A DNA stretch of 32,000 nt from Coprobacillaceae bacterium (GCA_963675915.1 OY780959.1:210001-242000); one strand, 5' to 3'; shown: positions 17,875 through 26,870, counted from the stretch's first letter. Numbers and translations are program-made. Notes: generated by a model not told the origin, from the sequence alone.

Positions 17875-19317
17875 ATGAGTCTAAAATATGTCGGTTTAAA
17901 TGAAATAAATGGACCATTGGTAGTTTTAGATAACGTTGAAGACGCTAGCTACGATGAAATGGTTGAATTGCACTTGGACAATGGAAGTGTCAGAAATGGA
18001 CGTATCGTTCAAATTGAAGGTAAAAGAGTAGTAATTCAGGTTTTTGAAGGTACTTTTGAACTTTCTTTGACAAATTCACAAACAAGACTGACTGGTCACC
18101 CAATGGAATTGCCTGTTTCTAAAGAAATTTTGGGACGGGTTTTCAACGGTGCTGGAAAGCCTATCGATGGTTTGGGGAAAATCTATGCTCAGGAATCCCG
18201 TGATATCAACGGTTTGCCGTTAAATCCGGTTTCTCGGGTATATCCTCGTAACTACATCAACACTGGAATCTCGACAATCGACTGTCTGACAACACTTATT
18301 CGTGGTCAGAAATTACCGATTTTCTCGGTATCAGGTTTGCCGCATGATCAACTTGCGGTTCAAATCGTAAAACAAGCCAAAGTTGCCGATGACAACGGAC
18401 AAGGATTTGCGGTTGTCTTTGGAGCAATGGGGGTTACCAACGACGTAGCCAACTATTTCAAACGCAGCTTCAAGGAAGCAGGAATCATGGATCGGGTTGT
18501 AATGTTCCTGAACATCTCTAATGATCCGATCATTGAAAGAATCCTGACACCACGTTGTGCCTTGACTGCAGCTGAATATCTGGCTTTCCATGAAAACATG
18601 CACGTATTGGTTATCTATACCGATATCACATCTTATTGTGAAGCGTTGCGTGAATTCTCTTCTTCAACAGGAGAAATCCCAGGTCGTAAGGGTTATCCAG
18701 GATACCTGTATTCGGATTTGGCTTCATTATACGAAAGAGCCGGGATCTCGAAGTATGCGGAAGGATCGGTTACTCAAATTCCTATCCTGACCATGCCAAA
18801 CAACGATATCACCCATCCGGTACCGGATTTGACCGGTTATATCACTGAAGGCCAAGTATCGATGGATATTGACTTGAACAGTGCCGGTATTTATCCGCCG
18901 GTAGGTGTATTACCATCACTATCACGTTTGATGAAAGACGGAATCGGGGAAGGTTATACCCGTGGCGACCATCAAGATGTTGCCAACCAGCTGTTTGCCT
19001 GCTACAACCACGTTAACGAAGTTAAATCGCTGATGTCGGTTATCGGGGAAGATGAGTTGTCTGATCTTGATAAGGAATATGTAAAATTCGGACGTCTGTT
19101 CGAAGCAAACTTCGTCAACCAAGGATTCGATGACAACCGTTCAATCGAGTTCACTCTTGACCTTGCTTGGGACTTGCTTTCGGTATTGCCTAAAAATGCT
19201 TTGGACCGTCTGGACAATGCATTGCTTGACAAATTCTACAATCACGATCAAGCAGTTGAACGTTTTAACATCAAAGAAGCTAAAATTATTAAAGAATTAG
19301 AAAAAGTAGGTGAATAA
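17875..19317 (+). CDS. ntpB: V/A-type ATPase subunit B
   Basis: Motifs typical of the non-catalytic B subunit: RGQKLPIFS, TDITSYCEALREFSSSTGEIPGRKGYPGYLYSDLASLYERAG, PILTMPNNDITHP. Confidence 0.95.
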   Translation: MSLKYVGLNEINGPLVVLDNVEDASYDEMVELHLDNGSVRNGRIVQIEGKRVVIQVFEGTFELSLTNSQTRLTGHPMELPVSKEILGRVFNGAGKPIDGLGKIYAQESRDINGLPLNPVSRVYPRNYINTGISTIDCLTTLIRGQKLPIFSVSGLPHDQLAVQIVKQAKVADDNGQGFAVVFGAMGVTNDVANYFKRSFKEAGIMDRVVMFLNISNDPIIERILTPRCALTAAEYLAFHENMHVLVIYTDITSYCEALREFSSSTGEIPGRKGYPGYLYSDLASLYERAGISKYAEGSVTQIPILTMPNNDITHPVPDLTGYITEGQVSMDIDLNSAGIYPPVGVLPSLSRLMKDGIGEGYTRGDHQDVANQLFACYNHVNEVKSLMSVIGEDELSDLDKEYVKFGRLFEANFVNQGFDDNRSIEFTLDLAWDLLSVLPKNALDRLDNALLDKFYNHDQAVERFNIKEAKIIKELEKVGE

Positions 19318-19319
19318 TT

Positions 19320-19946
19320 ATGGCTATGAAGGTTGTACCTACGAAAGGTAACTTACTTGCCAATAAAAAATCCTTACAGTTAGCGTCGGTCGGTTATGAT
19401 CTTCTTGATAAGAAGCGAAATATCCTGATCAAAGAAATGATGCAGTTGATTGATTCAGTTAAAATTATCCGTGATCAGATCACCTCATCATACCAGGATG
19501 CTTACGATGCCCTTCAGGATGCCAATATTTCCTTGGGGGTAATCGCTTCTTTAGTTCACGAAACTCCAATTGATGCCGGTGTGAACATTGCCTATCGTTC
19601 GGTTATGGGGGTTGAGATTCCTAAAATCAATTACGAGAAGCAACCATTGGTTTGTTACTACAACATGGAGCGAAGCAACTCCCGGGTTGACTATGCTTAT
19701 CAATGTTTCTACAGAGTCAAGGAACTTACAGTTTTGCTGGCTGAGGTGGAAAACAGTGTTTACCGTCTTGCTGATGCCATTCGCAGAACGCAAAAAAGAG
19801 CCAATGCGCTTCAAAATATCACTATTCCAAGACTGCAAGCGACAAACAAATTCATCACTGAATCTCTTGAAGAGAAAGAACGTGAGGAATTCACTCGTCA
19901 AAAAGTCATCAAGGAACGAAAAAACAGAGAAGAGAAAAATGCTTAG
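19320..19946 (+). CDS. ntpD: V/A-type ATPase subunit D (central stalk)
   Basis: VPTKGNLLANKKSLQLASVGYDLLDKKRNILIKEM at the N-terminus and a charged helical C-terminus. It starts 2 nt after the B stop. Confidence 0.9.
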   Translation: MAMKVVPTKGNLLANKKSLQLASVGYDLLDKKRNILIKEMMQLIDSVKIIRDQITSSYQDAYDALQDANISLGVIASLVHETPIDAGVNIAYRSVMGVEIPKINYEKQPLVCYYNMERSNSRVDYAYQCFYRVKELTVLLAEVENSVYRLADAIRRTQKRANALQNITIPRLQATNKFITESLEEKEREEFTRQKVIKERKNREEKNA

Positions 19947-19970
19947 GAGATTACTCCCAAGCATTTTTTA
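19936..19970 (+). terminator. Rho-independent terminator of the V-ATPase operon
   Basis: ATGCTTAGGAG / CTCCCAAGCAT stem (one mismatch) encloses the TAG stop and is followed by TTTTTT. Confidence 0.75.
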
Positions 19971-20324
19971 TTATCCAAATGGTATCACTAAAGAAGACGT
20001 TATAACCTTTTTTAAATATGCCCTAGGGAATAATATTGCCCTGGGAATATTGATTAATAACTTAACTTCGCCAAGTACCGAGTTGATCGATTCAGGAAAA
20101 CACCGGTTAATCAAAAAACGTGACCGAGCGAATTTCTATCAACTCTGATATGGAATATTATTGATAATTCAAGCGATAAGAGCGATTTTTTTAGAATCCG
20201 GAATGGTAGTGCAAGAATGGTCATAGACCGGGCTGACGGGCTATTTTGAGGGGATCCAGGCGACGATTTGGCTGCTATCTGAAAAAAGGCCCCATTATCC
20301 AAAAATGGTGCGAATCAAAAAGGA

Positions 20325-20364
20325 CAAGAAAAGGTCCGGCTTCAATTAATATTGAAGCCGGACC
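20325..20364 (-). terminator. Rho-independent terminator of the antiporter gene
   Basis: Perfect 14-bp stem GGTCCGGCTTCAAT (20333-20346) / ATTGAAGCCGGACC (20351-20364), with a U-rich tail on the minus strand. Confidence 0.85.
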
Positions 20365-20386
20365 TTTGTTATTATCAATGGACCAG

Positions 20387-21610
20387 TTATTGTTGTAAGC
20401 CCAGTTTTTTGGCAACCAGAACAGTTGTCGATGACTGGATTCCGATTGTGATGATGATGGCCATGACAATCACCGAGGCGATGATTTCATAACCGGGAAT
20501 CCGCATTGCCACAATCACACTACTCATGGCAGCCGGGATGACTCCGGTTTCCCGGACATAACACATAAAGAGTTTTTCTTTAAGGGTCCATTTGTTGGCT
20601 GGGTCGTTGAGGGTACAGACAAATATTGAGAGAGGTCGGGCGATAAAGATCAGAATCAGAATAATCGCCAGAGAGCCCCAGAAATGGGCGAACAGCAGGC
20701 CGAAATCGACATGAGAACCTAATAGGATGAAAATCGACATTTTGAAGATTGACTCGATTGTTTCTTTGAAATGGCTCTGAGCGATATAACTTGGCTCAGG
20801 AACCCACAGACCGAAGGTCTTCTTGTTGCCGCAAACCAAACCGGCAACGAACGCGGACATGAATCCAGAACCACCGAGAAAATCGGCGATGGCATAAGCA
20901 CTCATGGCACTGATTAGGCCGATGATGGCTGAATAATCAGACAGAACCCGCTTATCGCCTCCGATGAAAAATGAAAGAACATACCCGACGGTGAATCCGA
21001 CACAGACTCCAATTACAATCATCCGGGCCAGCAGGAGGGCCGTTGAAGAAGGATCGAATGTCCCTTCAGTGATAACGTTTAATATGGTGATAACCAGGAC
21101 GGTTCCGACTGCATCATTGAATGCGGATTCGGAAATTACCGTAATTTTAAGATTTTTCTTGACTGTCAGTTTTTTGAAAACCGGGATCAAGGCTGCCGGA
21201 TCGGTTGAAGCGATGACAGCTCCAAGCAACAATGATGTGACATCATCAAGGTTGAACAGCAGCTTGGCTCCAAAAGCGACAACAGCAGTCGAGATGATCA
21301 CCCCGACACTTGCAAGCAAGGAGACGGTTATTTTCACCTGATTCAATTCCTTGAACTTGATATCCTTGCCGCCGCAGTAAATGATATATGCCGCTCCAAA
21401 GATCAAGACCAGTTGATTAATTAGTGACGAATCTGAAATGTTGATTATGTTGAGTCCAGGACTCCCCAAAATCATCCCGAAGATCATAAAGATGACCACT
21501 TCGGGCAGTTTAAGTTTAACTGCTATCTTATCGGCAATAATCCCTATGAAGAAAATGATACATAAGGTGAAAAGGGAATTATCGATAAGTAAATCCATTG
21601 CTTCATTCAT
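20387..21610 (-). CDS. Cation:proton antiporter (CPA1 / NhaP-like Na+/H+ exchanger family)
   Basis: 407 aa with ~11-12 hydrophobic helices. LLGAVIASTDPAA and SESAFNDAVG motifs are characteristic of the Na+/H+ exchanger family. AAGGAG RBS. Confidence 0.8.
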   Translation of the reverse strand: MNEAMDLLIDNSLFTLCIIFFIGIIADKIAVKLKLPEVVIFMIFGMILGSPGLNIINISDSSLINQLVLIFGAAYIIYCGGKDIKFKELNQVKITVSLLASVGVIISTAVVAFGAKLLFNLDDVTSLLLGAVIASTDPAALIPVFKKLTVKKNLKITVISESAFNDAVGTVLVITILNVITEGTFDPSSTALLLARMIVIGVCVGFTVGYVLSFFIGGDKRVLSDYSAIIGLISAMSAYAIADFLGGSGFMSAFVAGLVCGNKKTFGLWVPEPSYIAQSHFKETIESIFKMSIFILLGSHVDFGLLFAHFWGSLAIILILIFIARPLSIFVCTLNDPANKWTLKEKLFMCYVRETGVIPAAMSSVIVAMRIPGYEIIASVIVMAIIITIGIQSSTTVLVAKKLGLQQ

Positions 21611-21645
21611 ATTGAAAAAACGTCTCCTTTCTTTTAACCTTTGCT

Positions 21646-21654
21646 ATTCTAGCA
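21646..21654 (-). promoter_or_regulatory. Extended -10 element (TGCTAGAAT) upstream of the antiporter gene
   Basis: The minus strand reads TGCTAGAAT ~35 nt upstream of the start codon. No good -35 was seen. Confidence 0.4.
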
Positions 21655-21830
21655 CTTGAAAATCCAAAACACAAGAACAATAAGTAAAAATATCGATAAA
21701 TATGTTTCTTATTATCCTCATATTTTAAGATTTGGGACATAACAAGCGCATTCAATGGATGATGGGCATAATATCCAGGTGGCGGTTTGTGCCAAAATCA
21801 CTCGCGGATTGGAACATCGGTGATAAGACG

Positions 21831-21860
21831 GAAAAAACCGATTAGTTTTTACTAATCGGT
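21831..21860 (-). terminator. Rho-independent terminator of ppk
   Basis: Perfect 10-bp stem ACCGATTAGT / ACTAATCGGT with a 4-nt loop. It contains the ppk stop codon. A T5 run follows on the minus strand. Confidence 0.8.
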
Positions 21861-24005
21861 TTGATTTGATAATCCCAGGATACGTTTTAGTTTGCTCCAT
21901 ATACCAGTTTGGGAATGTTTGTTTTTTTTGTTATGATTATTGGTGGAAATCCGAGCCGCGATTTTTGCGTTCTCAAGCAGGATTTCCTGTGAGTTGATTC
22001 GCTTTTCACTATTGCTTTCCTTGACATATTTGCAGTTTGACTGCAAAATTGAACCTTTGACGTTATCTTCCATGGAAAGATCGATGATTTCCTGGATTCG
22101 GGCTTTGACTTCGGGACTTTTGATTGGAGTACAGATTTCAACCCGGCGCATTGTGTTACGAGTCATCATGTCGGAAGAGCCCATATACATGGTGTTATTT
22201 TCTCCGACCCCGAATGAGAAGATTCTAGAATGTTCCAGAAAGCGTCCGACCACTGATTTGACAGTGATGTTTTCTGTTCGGTCTTTGACTCCGGGGATGA
22301 TACAGCAGATACCGCGAATCAGCAGTTCGATTTTGACCCCGGCCTGACTGGCCAGCGCCAAGGCATCAATGATTGAACGGTCGGTCAGGGAATTCATTTT
22401 CATATAGATATAACTTGGATTCCCGGTGGTTGCCAGAATAGTTTGTTCATCAATGTGTTTCAGGATGCTGTCACGGAGATTGATGGGAGCGACCAGTAAC
22501 GCCCGGTACTCGCCGTAGAGTTCATTAAGGGTCATATTCTTGAAGAAATTAACGGCATCGACGCAGATTTCCGGATCAGCGGTCATCAATGACAAATCAG
22601 TATATATTTTTGATGTTGATTCATTGTAGTTCCCGGTTCCTATCTGGGTGATATACGATACCCCTTTGGCATCATGCTTGGTAATCAGAGTGATTTTCGA
22701 ATGGACTTTGTATCCTTCGAAACCGTAGATTATCTTGCAGCCGGAATCTTCGAGGACTTGCGAGTAGTTGATGTTGTTTTCTTCATCGAAACGGGCCCGT
22801 AACTCCATCAGTACCAGGACGTCGATCCCGTTTTCAGCGGCTTCGGCAAGATACTTGACAATTTTGGCTTCCTTGGCCAGCCGGTAAATGGTGATCTTGA
22901 TTGATACAGTATTGGGATCACGGACACTTTCCTTAAGCAGGTTGATATACGGATCCATTGACTCGAATGGGTACGAAAGAATCTTGTCCCCGGCGATAAT
23001 TTGGGAGGTCACACTTTGATCGGGTTCGAACATTGCCGATGGGTATGGGGTGAAAGATTCGTAGTTGAAACTTTCAGCCAGTTTGGGTGGCAGTTTTTCA
23101 TTGATGGCCCCGATGAATTTCCAGGTGAATGGAACAGTAACCACGAAAACCGAGTCATCGTTTATTTTGAGATTGGGCTTGAGGAAGTTGTATACCTTGT
23201 TGTTAAGTGGCTTGTTGGACTCAAGGCGGACAATCTCCAGCCGTTTTCTTTTCTTGACTAGCTGTTTCATTGCCTCGCGGTAGTCTTCATCGGCTTCATC
23301 GGGATCGATATCGGCTGAACGGGTGATCCTGATCAGGGATGTCGATTTGATTTTGTAATTTGAGAAAATCCGGTCGGCAAACATTTCCAACAAGTCTTCG
23401 ACCAGGACAATCCTGATGGCATTGCCGGGAAGCCAGACAACCGGCATGAATTTAGGATTCATTGGGACCAGTCCATAACTGTGTTCTTTTGATCTGTCCA
23501 GCAGCACGCTCAAATAGACATTGCCGTTTTCAAGGTGGGGGAACGGATGAAGAGGCGATAGGACTATCGGGGTCAGAATCGGAGCAATATAGTCATCGAA
23601 ATAGACCTCGAGGAACTTGATTTCCTTTTGTTTGAGATCCTTCTGGGAACATATCTGGATGTCCCGCAATTGGAGCTCCTGGTTGAGGCTTTCATAGACA
23701 TTGGATAGTTTGTCATTTAGTTTCGAAACTTTCTTCAAAACATCATTAAGTTGTTCCCGCGGGGTGAGGTTGCTTCTCGAGTCAAGATGTTCGGGATCGG
23801 ACTCGATCATATCATAAAGCGATCCGACTCGGACCCTGAAGAACTCCAGAAGGTTGGAATCATATATTGATAAAAACCGCAACCGTTCAATCAGCGGAAC
23901 TTCAAAATCATCGGCTTCCTTGAGAACCCGTTCATTGAATTGGAGCCATGATTTTTCACGATCTTGGGAATAGCTGAAGTCAAATTCATTCACAAATTCA
24001 TTCAT
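21852..24005 (-). CDS. ppk: Polyphosphate kinase 1
   Basis: ~717 aa. N-terminal SWLQFNERVL, the phospho-His region and the two PLD-like C-domains (GYKVHSKITLI; RFLEHSRIF) are present. I prefer ATG 24005 (AAGGAG 7 nt upstream) to the track start at 24059. Confidence 0.9.
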   Translation of the reverse strand: MNEFVNEFDFSYSQDREKSWLQFNERVLKEADDFEVPLIERLRFLSIYDSNLLEFFRVRVGSLYDMIESDPEHLDSRSNLTPREQLNDVLKKVSKLNDKLSNVYESLNQELQLRDIQICSQKDLKQKEIKFLEVYFDDYIAPILTPIVLSPLHPFPHLENGNVYLSVLLDRSKEHSYGLVPMNPKFMPVVWLPGNAIRIVLVEDLLEMFADRIFSNYKIKSTSLIRITRSADIDPDEADEDYREAMKQLVKKRKRLEIVRLESNKPLNNKVYNFLKPNLKINDDSVFVVTVPFTWKFIGAINEKLPPKLAESFNYESFTPYPSAMFEPDQSVTSQIIAGDKILSYPFESMDPYINLLKESVRDPNTVSIKITIYRLAKEAKIVKYLAEAAENGIDVLVLMELRARFDEENNINYSQVLEDSGCKIIYGFEGYKVHSKITLITKHDAKGVSYITQIGTGNYNESTSKIYTDLSLMTADPEICVDAVNFFKNMTLNELYGEYRALLVAPINLRDSILKHIDEQTILATTGNPSYIYMKMNSLTDRSIIDALALASQAGVKIELLIRGICCIIPGVKDRTENITVKSVVGRFLEHSRIFSFGVGENNTMYMGSSDMMTRNTMRRVEICTPIKSPEVKARIQEIIDLSMEDNVKGSILQSNCKYVKESNSEKRINSQEILLENAKIAARISTNNHNKKNKHSQTGIWSKLKRILGLSNQTD

Positions 24006-24067
24006 ATAAATTCTCCTTAATATCAAGATGGCATATATAAATATACATATGCGCTTCATTAATTACT

Positions 24068-24096
24068 ATTATAACAAATTTAAGGCAATTGGTAAA
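24068..24096 (-). promoter_or_regulatory. Candidate ppk promoter
   Basis: The minus strand has TTTACC (24096-24091), a 17-nt spacer and TGTTATAAT (extended -10, 24076-24068). It lies 13 bp from the IS target duplication. Confidence 0.45.
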
Positions 24097-24108
24097 AATT
24101 AATCGGAA

Positions 24109-24122
24109 AGTTTACGGAAATT
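24109..24122. repeat. Left copy of the 14-bp target-site duplication AGTTTACGGAAATT
   Basis: Exact 14-nt match with 25823-25836. It sits immediately outside the inverted repeats of the IS element. Confidence 0.8.
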
Positions 24123-25822
24123 ATTTAATTGTAATTTGAAATTCCACCCCAGTATATTTTAGGGGTGGAATTAATTTATACAAAACTCACATGGAACTTA
24201 ACCTTACAAATATGAAGCTGTATAATTTAAGTATAGATTTCCCTGAACCATTGAAGGGAGTGTTTCTGATGAGAAACAAACATTTACTTCTAGATGATCG
24301 CAAGATCATTGAGAATTCTCTTAATAGCGGTTGTTCTTTTAAAGCCATTGGTATTCAACTTGGCAAGGACTGCACTACCATATCTAAAGAGGTAAGGCGT
24401 AATTTCACAATTAAAAATACTGGCAGGTTTGGCTATGGTTTCAACGACTGCATTAATCGATATGATTGTTCCGAAAACTTCGCTTGTCAAACTTGCAATC
24501 GACGAAGAAAAATTAAGTGCAAATTCTGTGGGTTATGTGTCACTCAATGTTCAAAATACCAAAGAGAATCCTGCCCGACGTTGTTGAAAGCACCGTATGT
24601 CTGCAATAGCTGCGATAGCAAACACAAATGCCCATTGTCAAAGCATTACTATTTTAGCGAATCAGCTCAGAAAAAGCATGATCTTAGATTAAGTGAATCA
24701 AGATCCGGATTTATTATTGATGAAGCTCAAATTGAACGATTGAACTCGATTCTCGGTGATCTTGTAAAAAACAAGCATCAGTCCATCCATCACGTTTTCA
24801 TTAATCATAAAGATGAACTGATGGTTAGCGAAAAAACTCTGTACAATTTGGTTGATGCCTGTATTTTAAATATCCGTAACATTGATCTTACTCGAAAAGT
24901 CAAGTTTGCACCTAGAAGGAAGAAATCCAAGCAATACAAGGTTGACAAAAAATGCCTTGAAGGTAGGACCTATGAAGATTATCAGAGTTTCATTGAACAG
25001 CACCCTAGTGTCGCCGTAGTTGAAATGGACAGTGTCGAAGGAACCAAGGGTGGCGCCTGCTTGCTTACCCTCCACTTCAACAATTCTTCTTTCATGATCG
25101 CCATAAAACGCGATTTTAACGATTCGGCCTCAGTTACAAACTATTTCAATCATATCTATGAGGTGCTGGGTCATGATCAGTTCAAAAAATTGTTTCCGAT
25201 AATTTTGACAGACAATGGGTCGGAATTTTCAAATCCTGCCGCTATTGAATTCAATGACAAAGGTGAAAGAAGAACCTACATTTTCTACTGTCATCCATCA
25301 GCGCCTGAAGAAAAAGGTGAATGTGAGAACAATCATAGGTTCATTAGATATTTCGTCCCCAAGGGCAAATCCTGGGATGAATACAAGCAAAAAGACATCA
25401 ACTTAATGATGTCTCACATTAATTCTTATGCACGAAAGTCTTTGAATGATAAACCACCATATTTATTATTCACGACACTATACTCGATTGAAGCAGCTAC
25501 AAAATTAGATGTTTCATACATAAGACCGGATGATATCACTTTATCACGATTATTGATATCAAATAAATAAAGAATCTATCCAGGGAAATCAAACAAACTT
25601 GATAACACAAGGGTGGAATTTCGCAATTCAAAAAAAATTCGAAAAATCACACTGATTTTTAGTGCGCCCAAAAATCATTCAATTCTTATTTACTAATTCA
25701 ATTATATCTATATATTGGTAAAAATAATAGATATAATTCGAAATATTCGGATATCAATTTTCAAACAAATACTAAGAGTGGAAGTTAATCAAACAAAGTG
25801 GAACTTCAGTTTTCAATTAACC
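24123..25822 (+). mobile_element. IS30-family insertion sequence, 1700 bp, apparently intact
   Basis: Terminal inverted repeats ATTTAATTGTAATTTGAAATTCCAC (left) versus the reverse complement of the right end, GGTTAATTGAAAACTGAAGTTCCAC (19/25 match). It is flanked by a 14-bp direct repeat and holds a single uninterrupted transposase ORF. Confidence 0.8.
24269..25570 (+). CDS. IS30-family DDE transposase with Cys-rich insertion
   Basis: N-terminal HTH (LLLDDRKIIENSLNSGCSFKAIGIQLGKDCTTISKEVRRN). Catalytic pattern VEMDSVEG, ILTDNGSEF and ECENNHRFIRYFVPKG is typical of IS30 DD..E. Twelve Cys lie between aa 61 and 121. The start could instead be 24191. Confidence 0.8.
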   Translation: MRNKHLLLDDRKIIENSLNSGCSFKAIGIQLGKDCTTISKEVRRNFTIKNTGRFGYGFNDCINRYDCSENFACQTCNRRRKIKCKFCGLCVTQCSKYQRESCPTLLKAPYVCNSCDSKHKCPLSKHYYFSESAQKKHDLRLSESRSGFIIDEAQIERLNSILGDLVKNKHQSIHHVFINHKDELMVSEKTLYNLVDACILNIRNIDLTRKVKFAPRRKKSKQYKVDKKCLEGRTYEDYQSFIEQHPSVAVVEMDSVEGTKGGACLLTLHFNNSSFMIAIKRDFNDSASVTNYFNHIYEVLGHDQFKKLFPIILTDNGSEFSNPAAIEFNDKGERRTYIFYCHPSAPEEKGECENNHRFIRYFVPKGKSWDEYKQKDINLMMSHINSYARKSLNDKPPYLLFTTLYSIEAATKLDVSYIRPDDITLSRLLISNK

Positions 25823-25836
25823 AGTTTACGGAAATT
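25823..25836. repeat. Right copy of the 14-bp target-site duplication AGTTTACGGAAATT
   Basis: Exact match with 24109-24122. Confidence 0.8.
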
Positions 25837-25966
25837 TAACAAAGTAAAAAAATGATGTTTTGCCAATTGACTGCAAAAAAAACGGTTTTTTATCCAGTTT
25901 TCTCGCCCGGTTGCCGATATTTTCTTTACGAGTTGGTGTCTTTAGTCTATTATTTTACTTAAATAA

Positions 25967-25975
25967 TGGTATAAT
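25967..25975 (+). promoter_or_regulatory. Extended -10 element (TGGTATAAT) upstream of aroD
   Basis: TGGTATAAT lies 20 nt upstream of the GGAGG RBS / ATG 25996. Confidence 0.45.
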
Positions 25976-25995
25976 TAACCCAGGAGGAATTTTTT

Positions 25996-26757
25996 ATGAA
26001 AGTATGTGATGTTAAAAATCTCAGTTTAGGAAGCGGGAAAACACATGTCTGCGTTCCGGTGACGGAATCGGTTGATATAGATATAATCGAAAAAATCAAG
26101 TCTTTGCAAACAAAGGCGATTGATTTGATCGAGTTAAGAATTGATTGTTTTGAAAATGTACTTAATCTGGAAGCTTTGGTAAATCTTTCCAACAATATCA
26201 AGGTTATCAACAACCTGCCGATTATCTTCACTTTGCGTACCATGAGTGAAGGGGGACAGCTGGATGTCGATGATAAGGTATATGAAAGAATCTATGAAGC
26301 GGCTGTGACCAGTGACGCCTATGAAATATACGATATTGAATTATCGATCAATGATTCGGTTGTGATTGACTTGGTGACCAAAATTCACGGAGCTGGTAAA
26401 AAGGTAATCATGTCTAATCATGAATTCAGCCGAACTCCATCGTTGAATACGATGAATATGCGCTTTAGGAAGATGGCTTCTTTTGATGCTGATGTTTTGA
26501 AAATAGCTGTAACGCCAAGCAATTACCTCGACGTCCTTAAAATCATGGAATTCACACTTGAATGCAAGGAACGCTTCAATGTTCCAGTAGTCGTGATTGC
26601 GATGGGGCAGCTGGGAATGCTTACCAGACTAACCGGAGAATTATTCGGTTCAACTATAACTTTTGCCAAAGTTGATGGTGGTTCGGCACCCGGACAGATT
26701 GACTTGGAAGATCTTAATCTGGCTATGGATATCTTCCGCAAGTACGGACCCCAATAA
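25996..26757 (+). CDS. aroD: 3-dehydroquinate dehydratase, type I
   Basis: 253 aa. Motifs IELRIDCF, IFTLRT..EGG and the Schiff-base lysine context DVLKIAVTP are present, and the size is typical of type I DHQase. Confidence 0.85.
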   Translation: MKVCDVKNLSLGSGKTHVCVPVTESVDIDIIEKIKSLQTKAIDLIELRIDCFENVLNLEALVNLSNNIKVINNLPIIFTLRTMSEGGQLDVDDKVYERIYEAAVTSDAYEIYDIELSINDSVVIDLVTKIHGAGKKVIMSNHEFSRTPSLNTMNMRFRKMASFDADVLKIAVTPSNYLDVLKIMEFTLECKERFNVPVVVIAMGQLGMLTRLTGELFGSTITFAKVDGGSAPGQIDLEDLNLAMDIFRKYGPQ

Positions 26758-26805
26758 GCGGGATTATGGCGGATATTAACCATTCATGGTTATAAAAGGA
26801 TAATA

Positions 26806-26870
26806 AAAACTGCTGTTGGAATCATCTTAAATCTCCTGGAAAGATTTGGGATTGACCGGCGGTTTTTTTT
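26806..26870 (+). terminator. Possible long-hairpin terminator after aroD
   Basis: AAACTGCTG can pair with CGGCGGTTT (two G-U pairs) around an internal AAATCT/AGATTT helix, followed by T8. The stem is imperfect. Confidence 0.45.

Noticed and set aside
19551-20148. ORFs 19551-19964 (-) and 19588-20148 (+) overlapping ntpD and the downstream spacer
   Set aside because: Both overlap the subunit D CDS out of frame or antisense and run across its terminator. Neither has an RBS. Only the unassigned tail is retained, as a low-interest finding.
20964-22347. Plus-strand ORFs 20964-21341, 21438-21659 and 21940-22347 opposite the antiporter and ppk
   Set aside because: They are antisense to CDSs with clear family motifs and have compositional shadow-frame character.
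20387-24005. A functional ion/energy cluster (V-ATPase + Na+/H+ antiporter + polyphosphate kinase)
   Set aside because: The three units are on different strands, and each has its own terminator (the V-ATPase and antiporter units are separated by two). Adjacency alone does not support a system.
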